From an uncultured delta proteobacterium (lineage in GTDB: Bacteria > Desulfobacterota > Desulfuromonadia > Geobacterales > Pseudopelobacteraceae), in contig CAVYYZ010000005.1 of assembly GCA_963772835.1 (NCBI GenBank), forward strand, positions 64,001 through 128,000: a DNA stretch of 64,000 nucleotides, read 5' to 3'. The notes beneath the pieces are model-generated. The model was given only the letters and a program-made list of their open reading frames with translations, did not search any database and was not told where the DNA came from. The position numbers and the translations under genes are program-made. Below, one piece after another: positions 11,099 through 20,975 of the stretch; position 1 is the first letter of the stretch; every line of letters starts with the position of its first letter.

Positions 11099-11980
11099 AT
11101 GAACAAAAAAATAGCCGTAATTTCCGCGTGCGTACTTGTTTCAGTCATGATTCTGTTTGCACTTTCCGTGAAAATTGCTTCAACTATAATCGGCACCGGA
11201 GAAAACAGAATTTCGACCAGAGAAGGAATCGGCCTGGTTGAAGTAAAAGGGATGATTCTCGACTCAAAAGATACGATCAGGCAGTTGAGATATTTCCTTA
11301 ACCAGGATGCCGTAAAGGTTGTCGTGCTGAGAGTGGATTCCCCCGGCGGGATTGTCGCACCGTCTCAGGAAATAAACGCCGAGGTAAAAAAATTCGCCGC
11401 TAAAAAGAAAATTATAGTTTCAATGGGGAGCCTTGCCGCATCCGGCGGATATTATATATCTGCGCCCGCAACTATGATTTATGCCAACCCCGGAACCATT
11501 ACGGCCAGCATAGGTGTGATTCTCAAACTGTCCAACATAGAATCGCTGATGGATAAAATCGGGATAAAGTCTTACACACTCAAAACAGGTAAATATAAAG
11601 ATTCCGGGTCTCCGATGCGACAATTTTCCGCTGAAGATCGTGCCATGCTGCAGGCGGTAATTGACAATACTCACCAACAATTTGTAAGGGCGGTTGCCGA
11701 AGGACGTAAACTGCCGGTTGAAGAGGTCCTGAAAATTGCAGACGGGAGGATTCTGACCGGAGAGCAGGCCAAGGAGCTTAAACTTGTAGATCGCCTGGGT
11801 ACACTTCAGGATGCGATTGAAGAGGCGGGCAGACTTGCCGGCATTTCAGGCGAGCCGGAATTACTGCTGCCACCGAAAAAGAAGGTCAATTACCTGGATC
11901 TTCTGGTCGAAGGAACGGAAGGAACGTTTAACGGACCGCTTGGACGGGCGGCGAGCGGAATGAGGATGATGTACGAGTAG
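11099..11980 (+). CDS. sppA: Signal peptide peptidase SppA (36K type)
   Basis: RVDSPGG, AASGGYY and SIGV motifs, with an N-terminal membrane anchor. Confidence 0.93.
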   Translation: MNKKIAVISACVLVSVMILFALSVKIASTIIGTGENRISTREGIGLVEVKGMILDSKDTIRQLRYFLNQDAVKVVVLRVDSPGGIVAPSQEINAEVKKFAAKKKIIVSMGSLAASGGYYISAPATMIYANPGTITASIGVILKLSNIESLMDKIGIKSYTLKTGKYKDSGSPMRQFSAEDRAMLQAVIDNTHQQFVRAVAEGRKLPVEEVLKIADGRILTGEQAKELKLVDRLGTLQDAIEEAGRLAGISGEPELLLPPKKKVNYLDLLVEGTEGTFNGPLGRAASGMRMMYE

Positions 11981-12038
11981 GGGCGCACTGCGTGCGCCCT
12001 TTTCAACCGTACCACGGGCGCACAGAGTGAGTCCCTGC
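11977..12038. repeat. GTAG-family REP inverted doublet
   Basis: GTAGGGGCGCACTGCGTGCGCCC (11977-11999) and an inverted copy at 12016-12038 matching 18 of 23 positions. Confidence 0.7.
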
Positions 12039-12042
12039 GATG

Positions 12043-13095
12043 TTAGTTTCTGTTTTTCAGCCTGTCATGGGCATTAATCAGAATCTTTTCTGTAGTGGCC
12101 CAGTCAATACAGGCATCTGTAATTGAAACACCATATTTCAGCTGACTGATATCAGTAGGGATTTTTTGGCTGCCGGACTCAAGATTGCTTTCAATCATCA
12201 CCCCTGAAATAGAGTTATTGCCGGCCAGGATCTGATCGACAACACTTTCAAGAACTTCCGGCTGCTTCTGATAGTCTTTGCTTGTGTTCCCATGGCTACA
12301 GTCGACCATCATAGTCGGGAGCAGATTGTTTTTAATAAGCTGTTCTTCAGTGTGAGCAATATCCTCGGCGTGATAGTTGACTTTTTTCGATCCGCCACGC
12401 AGCACTATATGGACATCAGGATTACCACTGGTCTGTATGATTGAAGTCCTTCCCTCTCGATTGATGCCGAGAAAACTGTGGGGATGCTGTGCCGCCTTCA
12501 TGGCGTCAATGGCAATCTGAAGGTTGCCATCTGTACCGTTTTTGAAGCCGACCGGGAATGAAAGCCCACTGGACATTTCGCGATGTGTCTGGGATTCCGT
12601 TGTACGTGCACCGATTGCGCCCCAACTGATAAGGTCCGCTACATATTCAGGTGTGATTGGATCAAGCATTTCATTTGCGACCGGAACTTCAAGTGATGTC
12701 ATGCGGCTCAGCAGTCCGCGGGCAATGCCGAGTCCCTTCGAAATGAGATGCGTGCCGTTCATGTCCGGATCGTTGATCAGCCCCTTCCAGCCGATCGTGG
12801 TGCGGGGCTTTTCAAAATAAACCCGCATGATCAGCAGGAGCTGATTATTGACCTTACGCGAGAGCGCTGCCAGTTTTTCTGCATATTCCAGAGCCGCTTC
12901 AGTGTCATGAATCGAGCAGGGTCCGACGACAACCATCAGCCGCTTGTCCCGGCGCTGGATGATCTCTTTTACCTGTTCTCTGCTTCTGCTGACGAACGCT
13001 CGATCTTTTTCGGACAACGGGAAAACCTGCCGCAGGTCGGAAGGCGCGATTATTGGTGTGATGCCGGTAATTTTAAGATTATTGGTCTTGATCAC
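12043..13095 (-). CDS. aroG: 3-deoxy-7-phosphoheptulonate (DAHP) synthase, class I
   Basis: GPCSIHD, YFEKPRTT, IGARTTESQTHR and DCSHGN motifs. GTG at 13095 has GGAG upstream. The paralog symbol (aroF/G/H) is uncertain. Confidence 0.93.
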   Translation of the reverse strand: MIKTNNLKITGITPIIAPSDLRQVFPLSEKDRAFVSRSREQVKEIIQRRDKRLMVVVGPCSIHDTEAALEYAEKLAALSRKVNNQLLLIMRVYFEKPRTTIGWKGLINDPDMNGTHLISKGLGIARGLLSRMTSLEVPVANEMLDPITPEYVADLISWGAIGARTTESQTHREMSSGLSFPVGFKNGTDGNLQIAIDAMKAAQHPHSFLGINREGRTSIIQTSGNPDVHIVLRGGSKKVNYHAEDIAHTEEQLIKNNLLPTMMVDCSHGNTSKDYQKQPEVLESVVDQILAGNNSISGVMIESNLESGSQKIPTDISQLKYGVSITDACIDWATTEKILINAHDRLKNRN

Positions 13096-13318
13096 GTAAC
13101 GTATCTCCATTGCGGTAAATAAAATGATTTTCCGGCAATTATTACCCGGTTGGAAGGACTTTCCACCACCTTTACGGCAGATAAAAGATCGTACCACGTC
13201 ATAGGTGACGAGTGGTGTTATAGTAGTTTCAGTATCATGTTGTCAATGCTTCTCTGAATTAATCACTACTATATCAGCAGGTTAATATTACGAAACAAAT
13301 GTTGTAGCGGAGGGATTG

Positions 13319-13861
13319 ATGAAGCGCGCAGTATTTCTGGACCGGGACGGCACCATCAATGTGGAAAAAGAGTATCTGTGTCATATCGCAGATTTCGAAT
13401 TAATTCCCGGGGTTCCTGAGGCTATTCGGTTGCTCAACCGGGCCGATATACTGGTCGTGGTGGTAACTAATCAGTCAGGCGTCGCGCGGGGTTATTATAC
13501 GGAAGATGATGTTGAAAAATTGCACCGCCATATTTCCACTGTACTGGAACGCTACGATGCACATGTGGATGCCTGGCTTTACTGTCCCCATCACCCTGAG
13601 GGCCGAGGCAGCTATTCCCTGCCGTGCACATGCCGAAAACCATCTCCGGGAATGCTTCAGGAAGCAGCCCGGCGCTATGATATCGACCTGACAAATTCAA
13701 CAATGATTGGTGATAAACTGGCCGATATTGAAGCAGGAAGAGCTGCTGGATGCCGTTCTATTCTGGTCCGTACCGGATATGGTGTTCAAGAGGAGCAGTA
13801 TGTTGATTCTCAAACAACCGTTTCTGACGACCTGCTTTCAGCGGTGAAAGGTCTGATATGA
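13319..13861 (+). CDS. gmhB: D-glycero-D-manno-heptose 1,7-bisphosphate phosphatase
   Basis: FLDRDGTIN, TNQSG, CPHHP...CTCRKP and MIGD motifs. Confidence 0.93.
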   Translation: MKRAVFLDRDGTINVEKEYLCHIADFELIPGVPEAIRLLNRADILVVVVTNQSGVARGYYTEDDVEKLHRHISTVLERYDAHVDAWLYCPHHPEGRGSYSLPCTCRKPSPGMLQEAARRYDIDLTNSTMIGDKLADIEAGRAAGCRSILVRTGYGVQEEQYVDSQTTVSDDLLSAVKGLI

Positions 13862-14012
13862 GTTATTATTCGAATTTGACACCGTTCCGGATTACATGGT
13901 ACCTAATTCTCTTCACGGATTACGTGGGCTCCGAAGTTTTCCCCCGCAAAAAAGAGCAGAAGGCTGTCTCAATGTAATTCAATAAAATCATCTTTGATGG
14001 GAGAAATTACTC

Positions 14013-14909
14013 ATGACTCACGGCATAAAAAAAGGGATTATTCTGGCGGGTGGTGCCGGCAGTCGTTTGTTCCCCCTGACACTTGTTGCCAGCAAACAAC
14101 TGCAGCCGGTGTACGATAAACCGATGATTTATTACCCGCTGGCAACGCTCATGACAGCCGGAATAAAGGACATACTGCTGATTTCAACGCCACACGACAC
14201 ACCGCGGTTTGAGACTCTGCTGGGGGATGGTTCGCGATGGGGGGTAACTATTTCATACAAAGTGCAGCCGGAACCAAAGGGGATTGCCCAGGCATTTCTG
14301 GTTGGCGAAGAATTTATTGACAACCAGCCGGTCTGTCTGATTCTCGGCGATAATATATTTTATGGAAAGATGAACCTTGACAGAATCGTATCTGAATTCA
14401 CGACTGGTGCCCGGATATTTGGATATCAAGTCAACGACCCGGAGCGCTACGGAGTTGTTGACTTTGATGCAGACGGAAAAGTGCTGAGTATAGAGGAAAA
14501 ACCGCCACGCCCCAAATCACATTTTGCCGTACCCGGACTGTACCTCTACGACAAGAATATTGTTTCAGTGGCTAAGTCAATGAAGCCATCGCCCCGTGGC
14601 GAATTGGAAATTACTGATGTAAATCTCCATTATCTGCGATGCGGCGAACTGATGGTCGAACGGCTTGGACGAGGTATTGCCTGGCTCGATACCGGCACTC
14701 ATAAAAGTTTGCTGGAAGCCAGCAACTTTATAGAAACAATTGAATCAAGACAGGGATTGAAGATTGCCTGTCTTGAAGAAATAGCGCTGCGGCGGGGTTT
14801 TATCAATTGTCAGCAGATGTGCACGGTTATTGATGCCACGCCCGCCTCTTCATATAAGGAATATCTTCAGCGGGTATATAACGAATCCGGAACGTGCGGA
14901 ATTCAATAA
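14013..14909 (+). CDS. rmlA: Glucose-1-phosphate thymidylyltransferase
   Basis: [36 protein letters not shown] and WLDTGT motifs. Confidence 0.95.
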   Translation: MTHGIKKGIILAGGAGSRLFPLTLVASKQLQPVYDKPMIYYPLATLMTAGIKDILLISTPHDTPRFETLLGDGSRWGVTISYKVQPEPKGIAQAFLVGEEFIDNQPVCLILGDNIFYGKMNLDRIVSEFTTGARIFGYQVNDPERYGVVDFDADGKVLSIEEKPPRPKSHFAVPGLYLYDKNIVSVAKSMKPSPRGELEITDVNLHYLRCGELMVERLGRGIAWLDTGTHKSLLEASNFIETIESRQGLKIACLEEIALRRGFINCQQMCTVIDATPASSYKEYLQRVYNESGTCGIQ

Positions 14910-14924
14910 CAAGAGATCGATTCC

Positions 14925-15746
14925 ATGGATTTTTTAAAAAAATATATGTATCCGCTGTTAACAGGAATCGGCATTCTCGTTGCGTTCCTTGTCTTTTCGC
15001 TGAATGTTCCCCGCAACCGGGAAGCAAATATCGTTGAACGTACTGTTCTCAGCGTATTGTCGCCTCTCCTCCAGCCGATTGCCAGAACGAGCGGTTTTGT
15101 TGAAGACATCTGGGACGGGTATATTAGCCTGTTTGACACTCACCGGGAGAATCTCCGGCTGCGCGAAGACATCCGGACTCTCAACCGCCGGGTTTTGGAA
15201 GGAAATGAAGCTTTCCTGGCAAACCAGCGCCTTGAGCGGCTTCTGGATATGAAGAAAACAATTAAAGAGCCGACCGTAGCTGCAACTGTTATTGGCGAGG
15301 ACATCACCGCGTGGTTCAGGACATTGGTAATCAATCGCGGTAGCTCGAGCGGCATCCGCGAAGGAATGGCAGTTATTGCAGCCGACGGGGTAGTCGGACA
15401 GACCGTTAAGGTTTCCGCTTCAACCTCGCGAGTTCTCTTGCTGACTGATCACGCCAGCGGGATCTCTGCAACAATTCAGCGATCCAGGGCAAGGGGAGTA
15501 GTCAAAGGTAGAAGCGAGATGCTCTGTACGCTTGAATTTACGACCCGTGAAGAAAATGTTAAAGTCGGGGACACAGTGATAACATCAGGGGTCGGCGGGA
15601 TCTTTCTGAAAGGGCTCCCGGTTGGCGAAGTCACAATGGTCAAAAGGGGTGAATACGGCATCTTCCAGACCATATCGATACGCCCTTCAGTTAATATCCC
15701 TCACCTCGAAGAAGTTCTGGTCGTGCTGCGGGGTGGGTATGAGTAG
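14925..15746 (+). CDS. mreC: Rod shape-determining protein MreC
   Basis: N-terminal TM segment, coiled coil, INRGSSSGI and VITSGVGGIFLKGLPVG. Confidence 0.93.
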   Translation: MDFLKKYMYPLLTGIGILVAFLVFSLNVPRNREANIVERTVLSVLSPLLQPIARTSGFVEDIWDGYISLFDTHRENLRLREDIRTLNRRVLEGNEAFLANQRLERLLDMKKTIKEPTVAATVIGEDITAWFRTLVINRGSSSGIREGMAVIAADGVVGQTVKVSASTSRVLLLTDHASGISATIQRSRARGVVKGRSEMLCTLEFTTREENVKVGDTVITSGVGGIFLKGLPVGEVTMVKRGEYGIFQTISIRPSVNIPHLEEVLVVLRGGYE

Positions 15747-16233
15747 ACGGGCTGCGTTGCTGTTTTTCTGTCTCGTGATTGCTTCAATAACTGCCCAGGT
15801 GTCACTGATTCCTGTCTTTGTGCGTTCCCCCTTTAAACCTGACCTGCTGCTCGTCATTCTGGTTTTTATAGCTCTTCGATTTTCGTTCGCGATGGGGGCA
15901 CCCCTGGCCTGGCTGCTTGGAATGCTTAACGATGTCTGCAGCGGTTTGTATTTTGGGCTGAATGCAGTGACTTTTCTTATTTCATTTCTTGTTATCAAAC
16001 ATGTTTCGGACCGTTTGTATGCCGACAGCGCAACGTTGTTTGTCCTGACGGTTTCCGCCGTTACTCTTGCCGGATTTACATTGAATCTACTTTTGATGGT
16101 CATATTTACATCATCTCACGGGATCGCCTATTCCATGCTTTCAGATATTTTCCCACGCCTTCTGGTCAATGCTTTTGTAGCATCTATCGTTTCGGCATTC
16201 CCCGGATTTGACTGCCAATTGGAATCGCAATGA
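15739..16233 (+). CDS. mreD: Rod shape-determining protein MreD
   Basis: Hydrophobic ORF with KPDLLLV and GMLND motifs, between mreC and mrdA. Confidence 0.88.
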   Translation: MSRRAALLFFCLVIASITAQVSLIPVFVRSPFKPDLLLVILVFIALRFSFAMGAPLAWLLGMLNDVCSGLYFGLNAVTFLISFLVIKHVSDRLYADSATLFVLTVSAVTLAGFTLNLLLMVIFTSSHGIAYSMLSDIFPRLLVNAFVASIVSAFPGFDCQLESQ

Positions 16234-18155
16234 AAGAGCGTCGTTTTGTCCGGGAATTACTGGAGTCGAAACAGCGGATATTAGTACTCTCATTTGTGGT
16301 CGGAGTTCTATTCCTGTTTCTGGTGATACGGTTATTGCAACTACAGGTACTGAATGCTGACGATTATCGCACCATGTCTGAGAATAACCGTCTCCGCTTC
16401 GTACCGGTTGCCGCATCCCGCGGTGCAATAATGGACCGTACGGGCACTGTTCTGGTCAGTAACCGCCCTTCGTTCAGCCTTGCAGTCATACCGCAGGAGG
16501 TTACAGATAAAGATGCGCTCCTCACGTTACTCTCCCGTCTGCTGGGACTTGACCGGGCTGATATGGCCGAACGGTGGGAAAAGAATATGGGGCGCGCCAA
16601 GTACTATCCGATTGTTCTTGCCTCAAATATTACCCGCAACGACGTTGAGATCGTTGAAGAAAACCGTTTGCACCTACCAGGCATCGAAATTGAGATGAAG
16701 CCGGTTCGTGAATATATCAACGGCCAACTTGCTGCTCATCTGCTCGGGTACATAGGCGAAGTTTCTGAAAAGGAATTAGATACCGATGGTTTTGAGGATT
16801 ATAACCCCGGCGATTATATCGGTAAAAATGGTATTGAACGCGCTCTTGAAATGGATCTGCATGGCAGCGATGGCGGGCGGCAACTTGAAGTTGATGCTCG
16901 AGGCAGGGTGTTACGCACTGTATCTGAGAGTTATCCGACGGTCGGCAACAGTGTGGTGCTGACAATCGATGCGGCGGTCCAGAAACAGGCCGAACGGGCC
17001 TTTGGTGATCAAGCCGGTGCGGCAGTTGCACTGGATGTCAACAGTGGTGAAATTCTGGCATTCGTCAGTAACCCCGGTTTTGATCCTTCACTTTTCAGCG
17101 GGAAATTGCCGGCAGACATCTGGAAGGGATATCTTGACGACAAACGTCATCCTCTGGAAAATAAGGCACTCACCGGCCAGTACCCACCCGGCTCCACCTT
17201 CAAAATAATTACCGCACTGGCAGGACTGCAGGACAACAGGATAAATGATGCAACATCGATCACCTGCAACGGCAGTTACGTCCTGGGCACCTCGACGTTC
17301 AAGTGCTGGAACAGGAAAGGGCACGGGGCTACGAATCTGCGTAAGTCTCTTCGGGAATCGTGCGATGTATTTTATTATCAACTGGGAGAAAAACTGGGTG
17401 TGGACAAAATAGCAGCAGCAGCTCAGGCCTTCAAACTGGGGTCTCCTCTCGGCGTTGAGCTGCTGGATGAAAAGAGCGGGCTCATCCCGACAACTGAGTG
17501 GAAACTGAAGCGCTTCGGTAAAAAATGGTATCATGGCGAAACAATCCCGGTCGCAATCGGCCAGGGTGCAGTCCTTTTGACCCCTATCCAAATGGCTTCA
17601 ATGACGGCAACGGTTGCCAATGAAGGCACTATTTACCGCCCCCATCTTGTAAAGAAAATAGTGGATGCAGACGGCAAAATGCTCCGTGAAACAAAAACCG
17701 AGATCATCGGGACCACCCCCTTTTCCAAAGAGTCTTTCAGGCTCGTCAAGCTGGGAATGCTGGATGTAGTCAATGCCCCCGGGGGTACCGGTGGTGCCGC
17801 CAGACTGTATGATGTCAAAGTTGCTGGGAAAACAGGTACATCACAGGTTGTAAAACTGGGAGGGAGCAAATCCGGCACAGCATACCGGTTCCGTGACCAT
17901 GCCCTGTTTGTTGCCTTTGCACCTTTTGAAAAACCGGAAATTGCAGTCGCTGTCGTCATTGAACATGGAGAACACGGGGGAGCAGCCGCGGCTCCAATTG
18001 CGGGCAGAATATTACGGGCTTATTTTGACGGCAAAAAACCACCCGTCAGGGGAGCAGGCACGTCGACAGAGTCTGTTGGTGAGACCACTGAAGAAAACGG
18101 TGAGCCGGCTGCCATAAAAGAGCCACGCGTCAGTGAAGGTGCTGCTCATGATTGA
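16230..18155 (+). CDS. mrdA: Penicillin-binding protein 2
   Basis: RGAIMDR, PGSTFK (SxxK), SCD and GKTGT motifs. Confidence 0.96.
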   Translation: MKERRFVRELLESKQRILVLSFVVGVLFLFLVIRLLQLQVLNADDYRTMSENNRLRFVPVAASRGAIMDRTGTVLVSNRPSFSLAVIPQEVTDKDALLTLLSRLLGLDRADMAERWEKNMGRAKYYPIVLASNITRNDVEIVEENRLHLPGIEIEMKPVREYINGQLAAHLLGYIGEVSEKELDTDGFEDYNPGDYIGKNGIERALEMDLHGSDGGRQLEVDARGRVLRTVSESYPTVGNSVVLTIDAAVQKQAERAFGDQAGAAVALDVNSGEILAFVSNPGFDPSLFSGKLPADIWKGYLDDKRHPLENKALTGQYPPGSTFKIITALAGLQDNRINDATSITCNGSYVLGTSTFKCWNRKGHGATNLRKSLRESCDVFYYQLGEKLGVDKIAAAAQAFKLGSPLGVELLDEKSGLIPTTEWKLKRFGKKWYHGETIPVAIGQGAVLLTPIQMASMTATVANEGTIYRPHLVKKIVDADGKMLRETKTEIIGTTPFSKESFRLVKLGMLDVVNAPGGTGGAARLYDVKVAGKTGTSQVVKLGGSKSGTAYRFRDHALFVAFAPFEKPEIAVAVVIEHGEHGGAAAAPIAGRILRAYFDGKKPPVRGAGTSTESVGETTEENGEPAAIKEPRVSEGAAHD

Positions 18156-19248
18156 TCGGCGGCTCCTGACCAATATTGACTGGGTACTCGTCGGGTTGTC
18201 TGTGGCTGTCTGCCTGCTCGGAATTCTGAATATCTACAGTGCAACATCTCCATACAAAATCGTCGGCACCGAGTATTATATCAAACAAATGTACTGGATT
18301 TTGGTAGGTATAACCATATCACTTGCAGTATGCAGCATTGATTATCACATCCTGGAAGATATATCCTATTGGCTGTATGGCTTCCTTGTATTTCTGCTGA
18401 TTGCGGTGCTCGTTGTCGGCAGGACATCTATGGGAGCTACCCGCTGGCTGAATCTCGGTTTTTTCAACATTCAGCCGTCAGAGCTCATGAAAATCATCAT
18501 CATTGTGACGTTCGCCCGGTTTTTTAACAATTACCAAACTGTCGGAGGCCTGTCGGTCCGGGACGTACTTATTCCCTTGAGCATGCTTGCGCTTCCGGCA
18601 GCGCTGATTATGAAACAGCCGGATTTGGGGACCGCCACTCTGGTCATACTGATCGCTTTATCAATGGTCATGTACGTCGGCTTGCGCTGGTCAACCATTG
18701 CGACCTTTGTCTGCATTACGATTCCAATGTCGTGGGTGGGGTGGGTTTTTCTGCTACGCTCGTATCAGAAAAACCGTATTCTCGATTTTTTAAACCCTGA
18801 ACGTTCACGGCTCGGAAGCGGATACCATATCATACAGAGCAAAATTGCGGTCGGTTCAGGAGGCATTACCGGCAAAGGTTTTGTCAAAGGGACCCAGTCC
18901 CAGCTCCGTTTTCTCCCCGAGCAGCACACCGATTTCGCTTTCTCTGTATTTGCCGAGGAGTGGGGATTTATCGGCTGTCTGGTGCTGATCGTTATGTACC
19001 TCTCACTGGTGCTGTGGGGGCTCAACATAGCCCGGCGCTGCAACGACCGGTTCGGCGGACTGCTCGCAGTAGGCGTAACTGCCATGCTTTTCTGGCATAT
19101 CGTCATCAACATCGGGATGGTGATCGGCATATTTCCGGTAGTTGGTGTACCCCTGCCGTTTTTTTCCTACGGAGGCACTTCCATGATCACATCGATGGTA
19201 GGAATCGGGCTTCTACAGAACATCAGCATGCGACGTTTTATGTTCTGA
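18148..19248 (+). CDS. rodA: Rod shape-determining protein RodA (SEDS)
   Basis: IQPSE, QPDLGT, PEQHTDF and LPFFSYGG motifs. Confidence 0.96.
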   Translation: MIDRRLLTNIDWVLVGLSVAVCLLGILNIYSATSPYKIVGTEYYIKQMYWILVGITISLAVCSIDYHILEDISYWLYGFLVFLLIAVLVVGRTSMGATRWLNLGFFNIQPSELMKIIIIVTFARFFNNYQTVGGLSVRDVLIPLSMLALPAALIMKQPDLGTATLVILIALSMVMYVGLRWSTIATFVCITIPMSWVGWVFLLRSYQKNRILDFLNPERSRLGSGYHIIQSKIAVGSGGITGKGFVKGTQSQLRFLPEQHTDFAFSVFAEEWGFIGCLVLIVMYLSLVLWGLNIARRCNDRFGGLLAVGVTAMLFWHIVINIGMVIGIFPVVGVPLPFFSYGGTSMITSMVGIGLLQNISMRRFMF

Positions 19249-19463
19249 TTGGTTATATGCCAGTATAACCTCGCCGCGTATGTGATCGTGTGGAAATTGT
19301 ACCGGATTTTCCGGGAAGATGATGAGGGGTGTAATAATCAGTCAGTTAAGTAATTGCGCCGATGTGAGTATCATGCTATAAACTCCGGTGCTTTTTGTGT
19401 AACAAATATACGTTTTTACAAAATAAATATCCCTGCAGTAAAAACGTTACAGAGTAAAATAAG

Positions 19464-19621
19464 TTCCTCGTTAGAATGAGGCGTTTGCACAAACAGATGC
19501 TACTACCCAGAAACGTCGAAAGACGCCAATGCGGTTACCAGGTTTTGCCGGATTAAGGCTTAACCCAATGTAGCTGGATTCAAGCCTACGTTGTGCACTG
19601 CCGAAAGTCAACCAGGGGGGA
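19464..19621 (+). ncRNA. M-box (ykoK) Mg2+ riboswitch aptamer
   Basis: Contains CGTTAG..TGAGGC, GTCGAAAGACGCCAATG, ATTAAGG, AATGTAGCTGG and TGCCGAAAG in the order of the ykoK consensus. Lies upstream of Mg-transport genes. Confidence 0.9.
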
Positions 19622-19643
19622 AATGGTTATATTGCGTCTTTTC

Positions 19644-19678
19644 AAAGGCCCTTTTCTTCCCGAATGGGTCTTTTTTTT
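19644..19678 (+). terminator. Riboswitch expression-platform terminator
   Basis: AAAGGCCC...GGGTC stem plus T8, immediately before the 19696 start. Confidence 0.75.
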
Positions 19679-19695
19679 GTAAGAAGGTTTGAATT

Positions 19696-20958
19696 ATGGC
19701 AATTGAAATCAACGAAATCTACCTCAGTTCGGTTATTGGCCGGTCGGTGATTAACAGTAAAGGCGACCAGATCGGGATCCTGCGTGACCTTATCATGGTT
19801 CCGGGTGAAGTATTCCCCGAGGTTTCCCACATCGTAATAAAATCGCGTAAAGGTTTAAAAACCCTTCCATGGAGTGAGGTTACTCTCTTTACCCACGTGG
19901 TGATTTCAACCGGGAGCATCAAACCGCACGGTCTGGACTCCTATCAGCCCGATGAAGGTGATATTCTCGTCAAGCGTGACCTGCTCGACAAGCAGATAGT
20001 TGATGTGAACGGCGCGAAAGTCGTCCGGGTTAACGATATAAAACTCGGCATGCTGGACCAGAAACTCTGTATATTTTCGGTAGATACCGGTTTCAGAGGA
20101 TTGCTCAGACGTCTTGGGTATGAACGTTTTGGAGAACGGTTTTCCCACGTGCTCAAGCGCGAGATTCCGCACAGTGAAATCAGCTGGGAATATGTACAGC
20201 CACTGGAAGCGAATTCATCGAAACTGGCGCTCAACATTGCCCGCAACCAGATGAACGAAATGCACCCGGCCGATCTCGCCGACATTATTGAAAACATTCC
20301 CATTCAGAACATCCGTACGGTACTGGATACAATCGATGCCGAGACTACCGGCGACACCATTTACGAGCTTGAAGCAGACATGCGTAATGTGGTCATCAGC
20401 CAACTGAATGACGAACAGGTAACCGACATACTGGAAGAGATGGAACCGGATGAGGCTGCCGACGTACTCTCTGACCTTCCTGAAGGCAAGGCTCAGGAGC
20501 TTCTGGATATGATGGACCAGGAGGATGCTGAAGATATTCAGGAACTTTTGGAACATGAAGAGGATTCGGCCGGCGGATTGATGACGCCGGATTACTTCCG
20601 GCTTTCCTCCAGGATTACGATTGGCCGGGCATTAGAGATTTTGAAAGGGTGTGCAAACGATGTTGAAACAATCTATTACGGCTATATAGTCGATTCCGAT
20701 GACCGGTTGGAGGGTATTGTATCCCTCAAGCAACTGTTGATGAATCCTCCGGAAACTCATATTACTGACGTCATGGAAGAGAACATTAAATTCGTTCACG
20801 TTGACGCCGAACCGGAAGAGATTCTCGAAACGCTGGCAAAGTATGACCTGATTGCAGTCCCCGTTCTGGACTCTGACGATCGCATGGCCGGCATAGTCAC
20901 TGTGGACGATGTCCTTGCCCACTATCTGCCGCAAATAATCAAGATCAAACGGCGCTAG
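19696..20958 (+). CDS. Soluble MgtE-type protein: PRC-barrels + MgtE N-domain + CBS pair, no transmembrane domain
   Basis: Two PRC-like segments, MHPADLADIIE, EEDSAGGLMT and GIVTVDD. The ORF ends without TM helices. Confidence 0.88.
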   Translation: MAIEINEIYLSSVIGRSVINSKGDQIGILRDLIMVPGEVFPEVSHIVIKSRKGLKTLPWSEVTLFTHVVISTGSIKPHGLDSYQPDEGDILVKRDLLDKQIVDVNGAKVVRVNDIKLGMLDQKLCIFSVDTGFRGLLRRLGYERFGERFSHVLKREIPHSEISWEYVQPLEANSSKLALNIARNQMNEMHPADLADIIENIPIQNIRTVLDTIDAETTGDTIYELEADMRNVVISQLNDEQVTDILEEMEPDEAADVLSDLPEGKAQELLDMMDQEDAEDIQELLEHEEDSAGGLMTPDYFRLSSRITIGRALEILKGCANDVETIYYGYIVDSDDRLEGIVSLKQLLMNPPETHITDVMEENIKFVHVDAEPEEILETLAKYDLIAVPVLDSDDRMAGIVTVDDVLAHYLPQIIKIKRR

Positions 20959-20975
20959 CAGCGCGGATTTCAATT

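Noticed and set aside
19696..20958. Full MgtE channel or frameshifted mgtE pseudogene
   Set aside because: The ORF ends cleanly and the next gene is Nramp-fold. No MgtE TM domain follows.
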